A stretch of 62,936 bases of DNA, counting the filler, from Perkinsus chesapeaki ATCC PRA-425 (lineage: Eukaryota; Protista; Perkinsozoa), in assembly GCA_013115145.1 (NCBI GenBank). It is 8 parts of 8 records of this genome, joined end to end, with 100 filler letters (N's around TTAATTAATTAA, not from the genome) between each part and the next. Parts side by side here need not be neighbours in the genome. Positions count along the whole stretch, not along the records: positions 25,470 to 39,419 come from JAAPAO010000769.1; 7 more parts are not named here. One strand, 5' to 3'. A program made the translations under genes and the position numbers. The notes under the pieces were generated by a model. The model saw only the letters and a program-made list of their open reading frames with translations, had not been told where the DNA came from and made no database searches. Of the stretch, positions 25,370-37,166 are shown in pieces; positions within the stretch are counted from its first letter, which is position 1, and each line of letters starts with the position of its first letter.

Positions 25370-25888
25370 NNNNNNNNNNNNNNNNNNNNNNNNNNNNNNN
25401 NNNNNNNNNNNNNTTAATTAATTAANNNNNNNNNNNNNNNNNNNNNNNNNNNNNNNNNNNNNNNNNNNNATCACATTCGTTCATAGGAACAAGTAAGCAA
25501 GTACAAGTGGAATCATTTACAGACGACGGTAAAAATCAAGTGATGAAGTAGAAAACTAGCATGATGAGAGATGGGACGCAGCTTTCTATCTCTCAGGTTT
25601 TCTGAAAGCTTATGCTCGCCCCCGGCAAGTGTTGGCAGAAGCGCTTTGCACGCGTGTGCATGTGACGCGGCTCTCCGATAGAGCCCCTCAGCTTATCGCC
25701 CATTGAGCTAATCGAACTATTATAACGCTCTTCCATTAGACTGAGCCTTTCCTTTGGCGCCTTGTGCGGTATGGGTATAGAACCAATTCCGTCACCTGTC
25801 CAATAACAATGCAAGTTTTCCTTAATTTTCTTTGAAATTTTGCCTGGCTGAGATCATTGGCTCTATAACTTTCAGTTTCATTCTAAGC

Positions 25889-27166
25889 ATGGCTTCTGGT
25901 GGCAGCAATGAAGTTCATTACGAGCCACATGGTGTCGAAGTGGGTCAAATTATCCGAATGTGGCATTGGTCGAAAGGCATCTTTGGGCCTTCAACTGAAC
26001 TTCGGCCTTCGTCATGTCCGATTGACTATTTTATTAGTCATTCGTGGGCAGCTTCCTCGTTCTCGAAGTATTCGGCGATTTTTCTGCTTTTCGCAGGAAA
26101 AGTTCCGTTCGTCGCCTCAGCTTGGGTTGCTGTTGTTGTTGCTATCATGGACTTACCTATTTGGATTCGTGTTCTTTCCACGTTATCCGCTTTTGCTTCT
26201 GGGCTCACATTCGAGTGTCTCAAACCTCGATCGAAGCATACAGTATTCTTTGATATAGCTTGTATCCCTCAAACTCCATTCTATATCAAACACGCTCTCG
26301 CTTCACTTGAAAGATGCATTGAAGGCTCACGTGGGTTGATAGTACTATGGACAGATGATTGTCGACGAAGCAAATGGTGCATTTTTGAGTTGGCAACTTT
26401 CCTGCATCATAACCCTGACAAGCCCCTCGAGATTTGGTGTCTAGACAGTCTAGAAAACTCACTTATTCTTTATATCATTTCTGTCAATTATTTCATTATC
26501 CGCTTCTCGATGGCCGGTGGAGGCCATTTGTTATTCGATGTCGTCTATTGCATTATTGTTAACTATTTTATTGCCAAAGTGGACTTACCAAGTAGACTTC
26601 GTTTCCTTCGAGACTCTCGTAACATTCAATGGTGCCCTAGAAAAGAGACTGGATCGGAATATCCAATGGATATTGATGAAGTGATTAATCAATACTTTGG
26701 ATCTTGGCAAGAGTTCTCGACTGAAATTGAGAGACGTAAACCTGATTTATCCGACCAGTGGTCTGGTGGCATCGCCTATGGTCTAGGAGTTGGCCTATTG
26801 ATGGCGTTTCCTGCAATACTATTATGCTTGCTCACCAAGTATGGGGTAGCCGCAAGTTTGGTGTTTTTCCTACCGTCCATCTTGAGAGCTATACTCTTTT
26901 ATATGGTTCGTCTGCGATGCAACATAGTACTGGCCAGATTCTTGTATCGCACTATGTATCTGTTCGCAATATTGGTGCACATTGGTATCTTGCAAACAGT
27001 TTGGGACCTCCACCGCTCCACACCAAACGTGCATACCTTGTACTGGACTCTCTTCATTTCCGTATTGAACGTACTTTGCTACTCTTTTTTGATTATGCTT
27101 ATTGTTCATGCTTCACCACCAGTATCAGTTCATGAAGCTCGCTCTATGCTTAGGGTCGCTTCCTAG
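25889..27166 (+). CDS. Intronless multi-pass membrane protein with TIR-like domain, copy 1 (425 aa from MASGG)
   Basis: DYFISHSW...VFFDIACIPQ...SRGLIVLWTDDCRRSKWCIFELATF matches TIR betaA, betaB, betaC and the alphaC WCxxEL motif. About 8 hydrophobic segments. A pyrimidine tract and AG lie just upstream of the ATG. Confidence 0.7.
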   Translation: MASGGSNEVHYEPHGVEVGQIIRMWHWSKGIFGPSTELRPSSCPIDYFISHSWAASSFSKYSAIFLLFAGKVPFVASAWVAVVVAIMDLPIWIRVLSTLSAFASGLTFECLKPRSKHTVFFDIACIPQTPFYIKHALASLERCIEGSRGLIVLWTDDCRRSKWCIFELATFLHHNPDKPLEIWCLDSLENSLILYIISVNYFIIRFSMAGGGHLLFDVVYCIIVNYFIAKVDLPSRLRFLRDSRNIQWCPRKETGSEYPMDIDEVINQYFGSWQEFSTEIERRKPDLSDQWSGGIAYGLGVGLLMAFPAILLCLLTKYGVAASLVFFLPSILRAILFYMVRLRCNIVLARFLYRTMYLFAILVHIGILQTVWDLHRSTPNVHTLYWTLFISVLNVLCYSFLIMLIVHASPPVSVHEARSMLRVAS

Positions 27167-27362
27167 GATGCAAGTAGAGTCTTGTAGATGATTCTGGTAC
27201 GTCTTTCCGCTCAGAAATGCATCTAAGGAGTCCCTGATTTCACTGTATTATTATCTCATTGTCATGGATGCTAACGTAAGTTCTATCGACCTTCGTTTCC
27301 GTGCCACTGAATGTTGTGCGAAGCCGGGAGTAGTGCTGAGGGGAAACAATAGAGTATTGAGT

Positions 27363-27750
27363 ATGTCAGCAACCCACACGTCGATTCCAAAAGCCGGAAC
27401 AGGAGCAGATCTCCGACGATTTATGGAGAAACGAGTCGACGGTAGGCTACAATCGCTGCGGACTGCCGAACTTATCTTTTTCAGTTAAGCTGAATGCAAA
27501 TCGCCATGTCGTTGGTGTTGTCCGTGGATATGATCAGTTTATGAATCTTGTGCTGGATAATGCAGTAAGTTATAGCGACCGTTTCAGGAATCCTCCTTGG
27601 ATTGGCTTGGCCGCGTCTTAGGCTCTCCGGAGTGCCTTTTCTCAGGTTGAACTTGTTTCTAGAACTGAGAAGCGCGAGATCGGCATGGTCGTCATTCGGG
27701 GAAACTCCATATTGATGTGGGAGTGCCTCGACCGTGTTAAGAACTGTTAA
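27363..27750 (+). CDS. SNRPG: Small nuclear ribonucleoprotein Sm G, 3 exons
   Basis: Spliced: MSATHTSIPKAGTGADLRRFMEKRVDVKLNANRHVVGVVRGYDQFMNLVLDNAVELVSRTEKREIGMVVIRGNSILMWECLDRVKNC*. Confidence 0.93.
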
Positions 27751-28021
27751 GTACTTCTTGTGTTTCTGCATTACGTTTCTTCGTTACTCACACTTGTCGA
27801 GTGTCGTTGCCGTCCTCTCTGGTGTTGGGTTCACATAGGGTGGGTGTCTAGGAAGGATTATGGATAATCTAACGAAAGCATGCTTCGTCACTTCAAACCT
27901 TGGGTTACTTGAGAGTGACGATCTACTGCTGGTTATTGACGAATTGTGTATTGATCGAACTCAACATCTCGGAGAAGTCTAAGCTACTTCCTTTTGTTGT
28001 AGAAATACCACTTATTATTAA

Positions 28022-30711
28022 ATGGCTTGGACAGACCGTTTGGTTCAATTAGATGATCGTCTCACTTGGCCGATACAGACGCTTGAACTCGGTTATGTGG
28101 CTGATTCAATTTTAATATACCCCGGTAGAAAGGGAGAAAGTGGCCTTTTCGTATCTTGCACGCTTCAAATTAAGATGCGACTCGCATCATGCGAGATAAT
28201 ATCTGAGTCCGGAGTCAGTGACGGCTTCACGACACGAATCGAAGGGACCTTTCTAATATCTTCACGCTTCGAGCTAAGATTCGAGATAACATCGGATGTC
28301 GGGACCAGTGAGGGCTTCAAAACACGAATCAAAGGGACCTTCGTTATATCTTGTACGCTTCAAGCTAGGATGCGAGAAAGCATCTTAGTTGGCACTCACT
28401 GCTTTATAACACATAACGGGAAGACATTTCTCGTACCTTGCATGCTCCGAGCTAAGATGCGAGATCGTAATTGAGGTCTTATTCAATACCGGCTTCGCTA
28501 CACGAACGGAGAGGACCTTATGGCATCTTGCACGTTTCAAGCTAAGATACTAATTGATGGTATCTTAGGTCGAAGCGTGCAAGATGCGCATGGGGTCGAA
28601 AAGTGCGGCGTGTATTTCATATCGATCAACTACTGCCCCTGAACATTCTTACTTATAGGTACTATGTTCGGTGTTGTAGATGTGGTTGGGTCGCTTGTAT
28701 ATACTCTATTTCTCATGTTGGCAATCCCGCAAGAAATAACACCTAAGTAGGTCACTTCGCCCAGCCGTTTGTACTCGGTTGTTTAGTTATTTTGTATGTG
28801 TTATCTTACCCCAGTGGCTACTATATGTCCCATTTTTCACTCTAGTCCTTCACGGGAAGGTTCCTGAGAAGTGGATTCGAGCTCTTAAAGCCCTGCCGTT
28901 CTACGTCAATAAGTGAGTCCTGCTCCGGACTCGACTTGGTCCACTCGGATACAGTTAGAGACTGAGTTTCACAGTCTCACTTGGTTGTGCGGTCTCACTT
29001 GCTTCGCTGACAAGCCTTTCAAGCTAGATTAGTGATCCCTGTTGAGAACTTCAATATGCAATGCACATGTCAGTTTTTGGTTGCTCTGATTCTTCCGCCG
29101 AGTGCTTATTTCTGCACCCTACTCGATGAAGTAGTTCATTGGTCGATGTGCGTCTTTTGATACTTGCACCGTTCGCTTCCTGGACATGTTCGCTTATCAT
29201 TGGATCATGGGAGCTCCATCTTCACGAACCAGTATCGTTTGCGGTAATTCTTGAATGCCAAATCTCTCAAAGTAGATTCGAGTCACTTTGAACCTCGGTG
29301 TGTTGATGTTTTATCGCATTCTCAGTATTCTGGTCCGGTTATTCCTATCACCGTACGCCACAGGAGTCTCCAATTTCTTTTGCCTGTGTACCAGTGCAGA
29401 GCAGGCGGTAGTCCTTTTGTTGAAGCGATTTGTTCGGAGAGACAGGTAGGTTTCGGAAACCTAAAGTCTTTGAACGCCGATGTCTGGTACCATTGCTCGT
29501 TGTTGTTCTATCGGTTCCCGTTTTGCGAGTGGCGCAGAAGAATTTCACTCCGAACTCCGAAAGTTGTTTAAAGTTAACTTGATAGCATGCCGTGAAATAC
29601 TTGAGGTGGTCATAGCTTCAATCGAGCTTGAATTGGTGTACTGACGATCTGAGTGTTTGCATTCAGTTTGAGGTTAAGTGCACTACTACTTGATCAGACC
29701 GTGTATCGCCAAGTGGGATAAAGGCGACCACCCTCTCTCGCATGTTTACCGCCCAGTCCCGTTCGTGTCGAAGACTTTCCGGGACATGAAAACAGAAGGT
29801 AACTCTTGCCCAGTCGCTCTACTGGTTACTGCCTGAAGAGTTATTTAGTGGGATCATTAGACTGCTGCTGGATTTTCAGGATTTGCTGATCTTGACTTCA
29901 AGCAACTTGTTCATTTCAGGTGACGAGTCTTTCCCATCGGGCGACGCTTGCGAGTCTACCATGTTCGCAGTTTCTGTCATCGCTCTGAAAGGTGGGCATT
30001 TGTGATACTCCAAGTGTGAACTGTTGGTTGCTACGTCTAGAAAGAGCTCCACGCAAAGAGTTTTGCCCGAAACTGTCGATCATGAAGTGGTAGAACTTCG
30101 ATCTTGACGGGGATGTAAACCTTAGCTCCTACAGTCTCGTCTGCCACGAACTCTCCGGAGGACTGGGTCCTAAGATTACTGCAACAAAGTCTTCGTGGTT
30201 GCGACCTTGTTGATATTAGTGAAATAGCAGTAGCAAGATGTTAGCTAGACTTAGAAATATTAAACGAACGTGGATGAAGTTTATCCACAGAAGCAGCACA
30301 GTTGATTCGGAACACCTGTTCGACGTACGCCATTTCCGGCCCATTCATCTTCCTTAGGCCTACACTCAACAGCCGGCATCGCAGCCCTCATTCTTGCCTT
30401 CCTATCATGCTTCGGTCGTGTATACTTTCATGCTCATAACGTGAGCTCTCTACAGCTTCTTTACTCCCGAGATTCCATACAGGTTCTCGATGTTGTCGGA
30501 GGCTCTTCGATAGGGCTTGTCATGACCCTTTTGTTTCTGCATTACACTAAAGACTCCAGCGGCCAGTATATGGGAGCGACAACATTTGTAAGCTCGCGAC
30601 GGCATTTTGATTTCATTACTTTTCCAGGTTGAAGTCGCAGCCTGTCTGGCAGTACTCTTGCCCCTTTTTGCACTTGCCAATGTGGTGCGCAGGAAGGTCC
30701 ATCTCTCCTAG
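28022..30711 (+). CDS. PAP2/lipid phosphate phosphatase family membrane protein, multi-exon
   Basis: N-terminus MAWTDRLVQLDDRLTWPIQ, C2-like motif ESFPSGDA, C3 motif GRVYFHAHN-VLDVVGG, and a C-terminal TM exon. C1 motif not located by eye. Confidence 0.72.
28143..28587. repeat. Degenerate ~90-bp tandem repeat (about 5 units) ending in a 28-bp inverted repeat
   Basis: Core ggacct..atcttgcacgcttcaagctaagatgcgag recurs near 28143, 28245, 28335, 28422 and 28513. The last core is followed by its reverse complement (28560-28587). Confidence 0.85.
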
Positions 30712-30802
30712 GCGATTTATTATTATACAAACATTGAAACCCCTTTCCTCCACTTCATCTTTGGTCGTCAATTCAACCATGCTCTCAATTCAGTTGTTTG
30801 CA

Positions 30803-31433
30803 ATGGGCTCGGATCAGTCGACGCTGGAGCCGCTGGCACCCGTCGCATCATTGCTGGCAGGAATTTCGTGTAAGAAATTGCGCGCAATCTTCGCGGAATT
30901 CGAGGAAGTCAGAGGACGCTGCAGCGCTTGCTTTTCTGATGAAGATTTCGCTGTGTTTTTCGGCACCTCGGCGCCTGCTGCTTTCCAACTTTTCCAGAAA
31001 ACTGGGAAGGCCGACTTCTATGAAATTCACGCTGCTCTGTCCCTACTAAGTTCAACGGCGAGTCTCAAGTCCAAGGTGGAATCGGCGGTTGTTGTTGGCG
31101 ATTTTCGGGGAGATGGTCGATATTCTTTTGAAGACGCATGTTTTACCATCGAGTGTTGCCTGGATGGACTTGCACGAGCTACAGGAAAGCGCGAGTTTAC
31201 GATGAAACTAATGAATCAAGTGAGCTTCTACATCGATATTTCGTTTTGTTTTTACATTTACGGTATATATCTTAATCTATTCTAGGCCGATCAGACGATA
31301 GCAATCCGTTCTTCCTCAGATTTCAACTGAGCTGTCAATGGAACTATTCCACTTCTACGATTTGGACCACCGAGACCAAACCGATCTGATAACTCATTCG
31401 CAATTCGTTCGTTTCCTGCTCTATGACGGGATA
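30803..31433 (+). CDS. Myristoylated calcineurin-B-like/recoverin-like EF-hand protein; 3' end not resolved
   Basis: MGSDQS myristoylation motif, FYEIHAALSLLS...KVESAVVVGDFRGDGRYSFED (EF-hand), and a second exon ELFHFYDLDHRDQTDLITHSQFVRF. Confidence 0.65.
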
Positions 31434-31901
31434 GTGAGAAAGTATTTGGCAAGAACTGGAGATATTCATGAGCAACCACCAGTCATTGGCGAGTAGGCCC
31501 TCTTAACAGTTGAACATAAATTCAATATAAGGTATGCGACGTATTTGTTATCAATCGTGATCAACTTCACAAGCTTTATACTAGCCCGATATCCGGTCAA
31601 GTGTGCTCGTGTGAGGTCCTGCTGTACTCCGTTCTCGGCGAGGCATCTTGCCATTTATAAGACACCTCATCTTTCGACTGTAATGCACTGTTCATTTCGT
31701 GTTCAGGTCAGCAGCAGAAGATCTTCCCGTTCGAGACAAGGCATATAAATTTCTCGAGCATTTTGCTGATATTTGCGACGCCAAGACGGTTTCCGAAATT
31801 GGAATGCACATGTCTACGATGAGATAGTTTGAAGCTGAGAAGACGCTTTTGTTCATGGAACTCGGTCTGACTTTTCTCGCTTTTTTGGCCCCTTAATTAT
31901 C

Positions 31902-34290
31902 ATGGATCGTTCTAACCTAATTGTTAACTATCTTTCAACCAGCATGAAAGAGGATGCTCTTTTCGCAATGTTCGAACCATACGGTCCGATACAGAGCGTG
32001 AAAATAGTAAGTGGATATGATGGTCTTTCCTATTCATGTGACTTATCTGCTCGTTTTTGATCATAACACTAAGCTGTCGATATGGCAGCCACTCGTGATG
32101 GCTCAATTGGCCCACTACTTCAGTAAAGCCCCAAAAGCTAGAGTCCTAACCGACATTGGATGTTCGCCGATAACTCTTTTCTACGCTGACGAGTTCGACT
32201 TTTCTTCGTCTTCCAGTATTTAGATCCAAAAAAGTGTTTGGCAACAAGGCGTTGTAAGACAACTCACATTTATAGGTGCGAAACAAGCAGAATGGTAAAT
32301 CCATGGGATTCGGATTTGTCAACTACCAGGACAACGAGAGTGCTTGTCGTGCAATTGAAGCTCTGAACGGTCGAGAAGTACAGTGTGATCCGAGTGAAGG
32401 CGAAAATGGCGTCAAACGAATCAAAGTGAGCCCTAAAGGAGCAAAAAGGATCTCGCCGAACCTATTTTACAAGGGCTGTGTTTTACGACCACAGGAACCT
32501 TTGTAAGGTTCTTATTTGTCAGGATGTTTTTTGAGGTGTCTATGATCTAGGGTCATGCAGCTATGCATTCTAGGAGGTTTAGGATTTGCTTAGTGTTGCC
32601 GAGCTTAGCTTTTTTTCTTAAAACCGGGAAATTAGTTTTCGGCAGCCACGCAAATTGTCGACATCCAGTGAGGATTCTTTTCGTGTGAGCTCGGGAAAGC
32701 CTCAGCTAAAGGGGGGTTGCACCGGGAATGGTATATTATCATGCACTGAGAAATTGCGGTGGTGGGCCGCTAGCAGAAGTTCCGTAGAGACGGTCAATTG
32801 CGGAAAACTTGGGCTACTCGACGAATCAAGACAGCTCCCTGATTCATCCAATATCAGGTTTCAGTCGGCCGACCAGCTTGGAAAGCCAACATTCACTCTA
32901 ACCTCTACGTCTCCGGCATACCCACGGATTTCACCGAAACTCACATAAGGTATTCAAGTGTGTCCTCCGTTGGCTTTCATCCTATCTTAGGGACGCTCTC
33001 TTCGGACCTGAATTCGCTGACCGCATTGAGAACGTTCGAATGTTGCGAGAAACCACCATAGGAAAACAGGAAGGTGAGCACGCGCGCTCCACTCGAAGCG
33101 AGTATGCAGGCTTTTCTAGTGCCTTTTGGAGGGATGAAAATGCGGATGAAAATTTCTTACGCTACTGCGTCATGAAAAATCAGAGAAAATCGCGGAAAAT
33201 TTGCCTCCCAGCATTGAGAAGCATAGTGGCTCGCACTTTGCAAAAACTTCAATAATCTGGTCAGTATTGGCTGATTTTTCTCTCTTCAGATGAAGCACAC
33301 TTCAGAGGCATCGCAGTTGTCCGCTTCGACACGGAGGCGACTGCGAACGAGATTATACGGCGATTTCACGGTGAGCGCTTACTAGTCAGCGATACGCTAG
33401 TTCGCTCTCAGGTATTCGCGTGGTTCCCGAGGACAAGGAAACCACTCTGAATATAAAGCCATGGCGTCCTGAGTGCCGCGCTGGAGAAAGGGGGGTCAAG
33501 CTGAATTCTCTAGTCACAAAAATGAGTGTCTCTCGATCAGATTCTTCCCGGGCCTGATCCGTTCCAACTGGCTTGCCTCATGGCTCTCCCGGAGCCTCAG
33601 TGTGACTCGTCGGAATTGGCGGCGCTCTCTGCACTAGGCTTGCCATCTGCACTGGGGAAAAATAAATGTTAGTTTTTATGCACATCTCCTCGGGTGATCA
33701 TTTCTGGCAGCCGACGAAAACGATAACGCTACGAACGACCCAGCAGTCTTCAACGCTGAGCGCCAAGATCTCCTCGAGCGAGTCGTCAAAGACTACCCAG
33801 GTGGGTTCCCTTCGACGCGCAATGATAACGCGTGCTTTCTAGTGTACTCCATACTCTATGGTAACACTGTTAGGTTTCATGCCGTCATCGTTGGTAACTG
33901 GTCCTGATGCCACATGGACGTCCGCAATGTTCAAAACGAAGAAAGACGCTCACTGCGCGATAAAAAAACTCAACGGTAAGTTTTCTTGGCTGGCAATTAT
34001 TATGTTTAAGATATCGTGTTGACTACTTCAAGTACTTCATTTGGAAATCGTTATCAACTCTGCGGTTTTGGCGTATAATGTAGACTGTTTCACTCAAGCC
34101 CGATCGGTTCGTTCAAGTGTATATGATTTATCTCCTCCGCTTTTCACATGCTCGTAGAGGAGCTAATTACAAGATGCACTCTGGAATGAGTAGAATCATA
34201 ACGGTTCCCGTGCTACGTGGTGTTGGTAGGCACACGTCTCGGTGAGTATTTTCTCAAAGTACAAATGCTTCCGGACTCGCTACAGCCTTC
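31902..34290 (+). CDS. ELAV/Hu-like multi-RRM RNA-binding protein, multi-exon; 3' end approximate
   Basis: MDRSNLIVNYLSTSMKEDALFAMFEPYGPIQSVKI-VRNKQNGKSMGFGFVNY (RNP2/RNP1), second RRM SNLYVSGIPTDF...FRGIAVVRF, and third-RRM-like exons near 33750-33980. Confidence 0.8.
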
Positions 34291-35294
34291 AGGGGTGCGA
34301 GGGATCGCATCGCCACAAGCCAGGCAAGTTGCTAGCATTGAACCATAGTCGTCGACATCGTGATGGGGAATTTACACTGTTTTTTCAGTTCATGATTATT
34401 CTCGATTAATCTTGTTGGTCCCTTGTTAACGTTTTGATATGATAGATATATCCACGATGTTCCTCTGATGACTATCAGTGAAAGGGGACAGATTTTGCGT
34501 TACGAAGTACACAGTGATCACTGATCATTTCCTCCACGCTCGAGGCACCCCGCACCGATACGGCGCTAATGTTTCCGGATCTAGAAACGAGTTCAACATG
34601 AGAGATCGACTATTTTGAAGGACAGTCATTGAGAAGCTAGTCTGTTTTCTACGAATCTTAAGATTCAGTGGGTAAAATCAATTGTCAAAGTGCAGTCATA
34701 TGTGTCTCTTCGCACCTGCGGTCTTCATTGAATCGAACGCATATGCGGTACATGAACCACTGAGGGATCAATAAAGGAACTGGTACAACATGAGTCGCAC
34801 ACTTTCAACTTGAAAGATTTGCTATTGCGAAGCGAGCGGAGCCTATATTGCAGTGCGCGGTCGTTCGTCTGCATCCGTCCGTCTATACGTCCGTCCGTGA
34901 GCAGAAATTCCGGCTCGACCAGAGCGTCTTTCCTGATGAGAGATATCCAACGAAGCAGACCCTATCAATATACAATACTGGCGAGCTCCGCCCCTTTGCA
35001 CAGAAGATCTAGTAAGACTATTGGCTCGAAGTGATATAGTTACTATATAATACTATCCTCAGAAGTCGTTGATCGGCGGTGGGTTGACATGTTCAATATC
35101 TCATTTGTTGAGCACTTTCCCGGCATAACGCAACATTTGTTGGAAGAGAGAAAGCGAGTTATAGCATTTCAAGTCGATTGAGTGATATACTTATCTGAGC
35201 TTATTTGTGACAGAGCTTCCTCGAGAGTGTTACATGATATGACAATCACATAGATGGCCACGTGAGTTGCTTGCGGAAGTATTAATAACACACT

Positions 35295-36572
35295 TCAAGT
35301 AATAGCTTTGACCATGCGACGAGCGACTCTAATCGGCAAGGGTGGAGAGACGTAAATGATAGCAATGATACTTAGAGAATAAAGGAGGACGTTCGACAAA
35401 CAGACGACAGAGGTCCATTTCATTGAGTGACCAAACATATGGGTAAACTCCAAGGGCCAGACTGCCTGCAGTAGGAATATGTGTACCAGGACTAAACATA
35501 GACAAGTAGCCTCGTAGAAGCCTCTCGCAAGTTTACTTCGATATGAAGAATGAAGTGTATAGAACAGAATGGCTCGTAAGAAGGGAGGCAGCAGAAATAC
35601 CACACTGCTAGCTACTGAGTAGTGTGTGACAATGCAAACGAGTATTGCCGGAAAAGCCATTAACAGGCCAACTCTCAGGGCACATCCTAGACCGCCAGCC
35701 CACTGGTCGGATAAATCAGGTTTACGTCTCTCAATTTCAGTCGAGAACTCTTGCCAAGATCCAAAGTATTGATTAATCACTTCATCAATATCCATTGGAT
35801 ATTCCGATCCAGTCTCTTTTCTAGGGCACCATTGAATGTTACGAGAGTCTCGAAGGAAACGAAGTCTACTTGGTAAGTCCACTTTGGCAATAAAATAGTT
35901 AACAATAATGCAATAGGCGACGTCAAATAACAAATGGCCTCCACCGTCCGTCGAGAAGCGGATAATGAAATAATTGACAGAAATGATATAAAGAATAAGT
36001 GAGTTTTCCAGACTGTTTAGACACCAAATCTCGAGGGGCTTGTCAGGGTTATGATGCAGGAAAGTTGCCAACTCAAAAATGCACCATTTGCTTCGTCGAC
36101 AATCATCTGTCCATAGTACTACCAACCCACGTGAGCCTTCAATGCATCTTTCAAGTGAAGCGAGAGCGTGTTTGATATAGAATGGAGTTTGAGGGATACA
36201 AGCTATATCAAAGAATACTGTATGCTTCGATCGAGGTTTGAGACATTCGAATGTGAGCCCAGAAGCAAAAGCGGATAACGTGGAAAGAACACGAATCCAA
36301 ATAGGTAAGTCCATGATAGCAACAACAACAGCAACCCAAGCTGAGGCGACGAACGGAAATTTTCCTGCGAAAAGCAGAAAAATCGCCGAATACTTCGAGA
36401 ACGAGGAAGCTGCCCACGAATGACTAATAAAATAGTCAATCGGACATGACGAAGGCCGAAGTTCAGTTGAAGGCGCAAAGATGCCTTTCGACCAATGCCA
36501 CATTCGGATAATTTGACCCACTTCGACACCACGTGGCTCGTAATGAACTTCATTGTTGCCACCAGAAGCCAT
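35295..36572 (-). CDS. Intronless multi-pass membrane protein with TIR-like domain, copy 2 (425 aa)
   Basis: Inverted paralog of 25889..27166 with the same motifs, including SKWCIFEL. Confidence 0.7.
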   Translation of the reverse strand: MASGGNNEVHYEPRGVEVGQIIRMWHWSKGIFAPSTELRPSSCPIDYFISHSWAASSFSKYSAIFLLFAGKFPFVASAWVAVVVAIMDLPIWIRVLSTLSAFASGLTFECLKPRSKHTVFFDIACIPQTPFYIKHALASLERCIEGSRGLVVLWTDDCRRSKWCIFELATFLHHNPDKPLEIWCLNSLENSLILYIISVNYFIIRFSTDGGGHLLFDVAYCIIVNYFIAKVDLPSRLRFLRDSRNIQWCPRKETGSEYPMDIDEVINQYFGSWQEFSTEIERRKPDLSDQWAGGLGCALRVGLLMAFPAILVCIVTHYSVASSVVFLLPPFLRAILFYTLHSSYRSKLARGFYEATCLCLVLVHIFLLQAVWPLEFTHMFGHSMKWTSVVCLSNVLLYSLSIIAIIYVSPPLPIRVARRMVKAIT

Positions 36573-36886
36573 GCTTTAGAATGAAACTGAAAGTAATAGA
36601 GCCAATGATCTCAGCCAGGCAAAATTTCAAAGAAAATTAAGGAAAACTTGCATTTTATTGGACAGGTGACGGAATTGGTTCTATACCCATACCGCACAAG
36701 GCGCCAAAGGAAAGGCCAAGTCTAATGAAAGAGCGTTATAATAGTTCGATTGGCTCAATGGGCGATAAGAAAAGCTGCTTCCCATCTCTCATCATGCTAG
36801 TCTTCTACTTCACCACTTGATTTTTACCGTCGTCTGTAAATGATTCCACTTGTACTTGCTTACTTGTTCCTATGAACGAATGTGAT
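35700..36886 (-). repeat. Inverted repeat of 25470-26761 (upstream region plus TIR-coding 5' two-thirds)
   Basis: The reverse complement matches from atcacattcgttcatagg through gaccagtgg. Copy 1 has about 105 extra bp (about 25586-25691). Confidence 0.92.
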
Positions 36887-37166
36887 ACTAGTGTTCTGCG
36901 CTATTCTTATAGCTCGCGGATTTGGCTAGGAAGGCATGAAGATATAAAGTTGGTCCGAAGTATCGTTGAGTGATATCATCGATCTTCGACCATCGTAAGA
37001 TATACTCTACGATAATGAGTCTACGATAAGTACTCTACGATATACTAATGTAAAAATCAAACCTACCCTTTAACAAGTTGCACACTTGAGGCGTGCATCA
37101 CAGGCCAACTATGGTGTTCTCGCGTACGAACGCGCCTCTCGCTCTTAGTTGAGTGCTTTAAATGGT

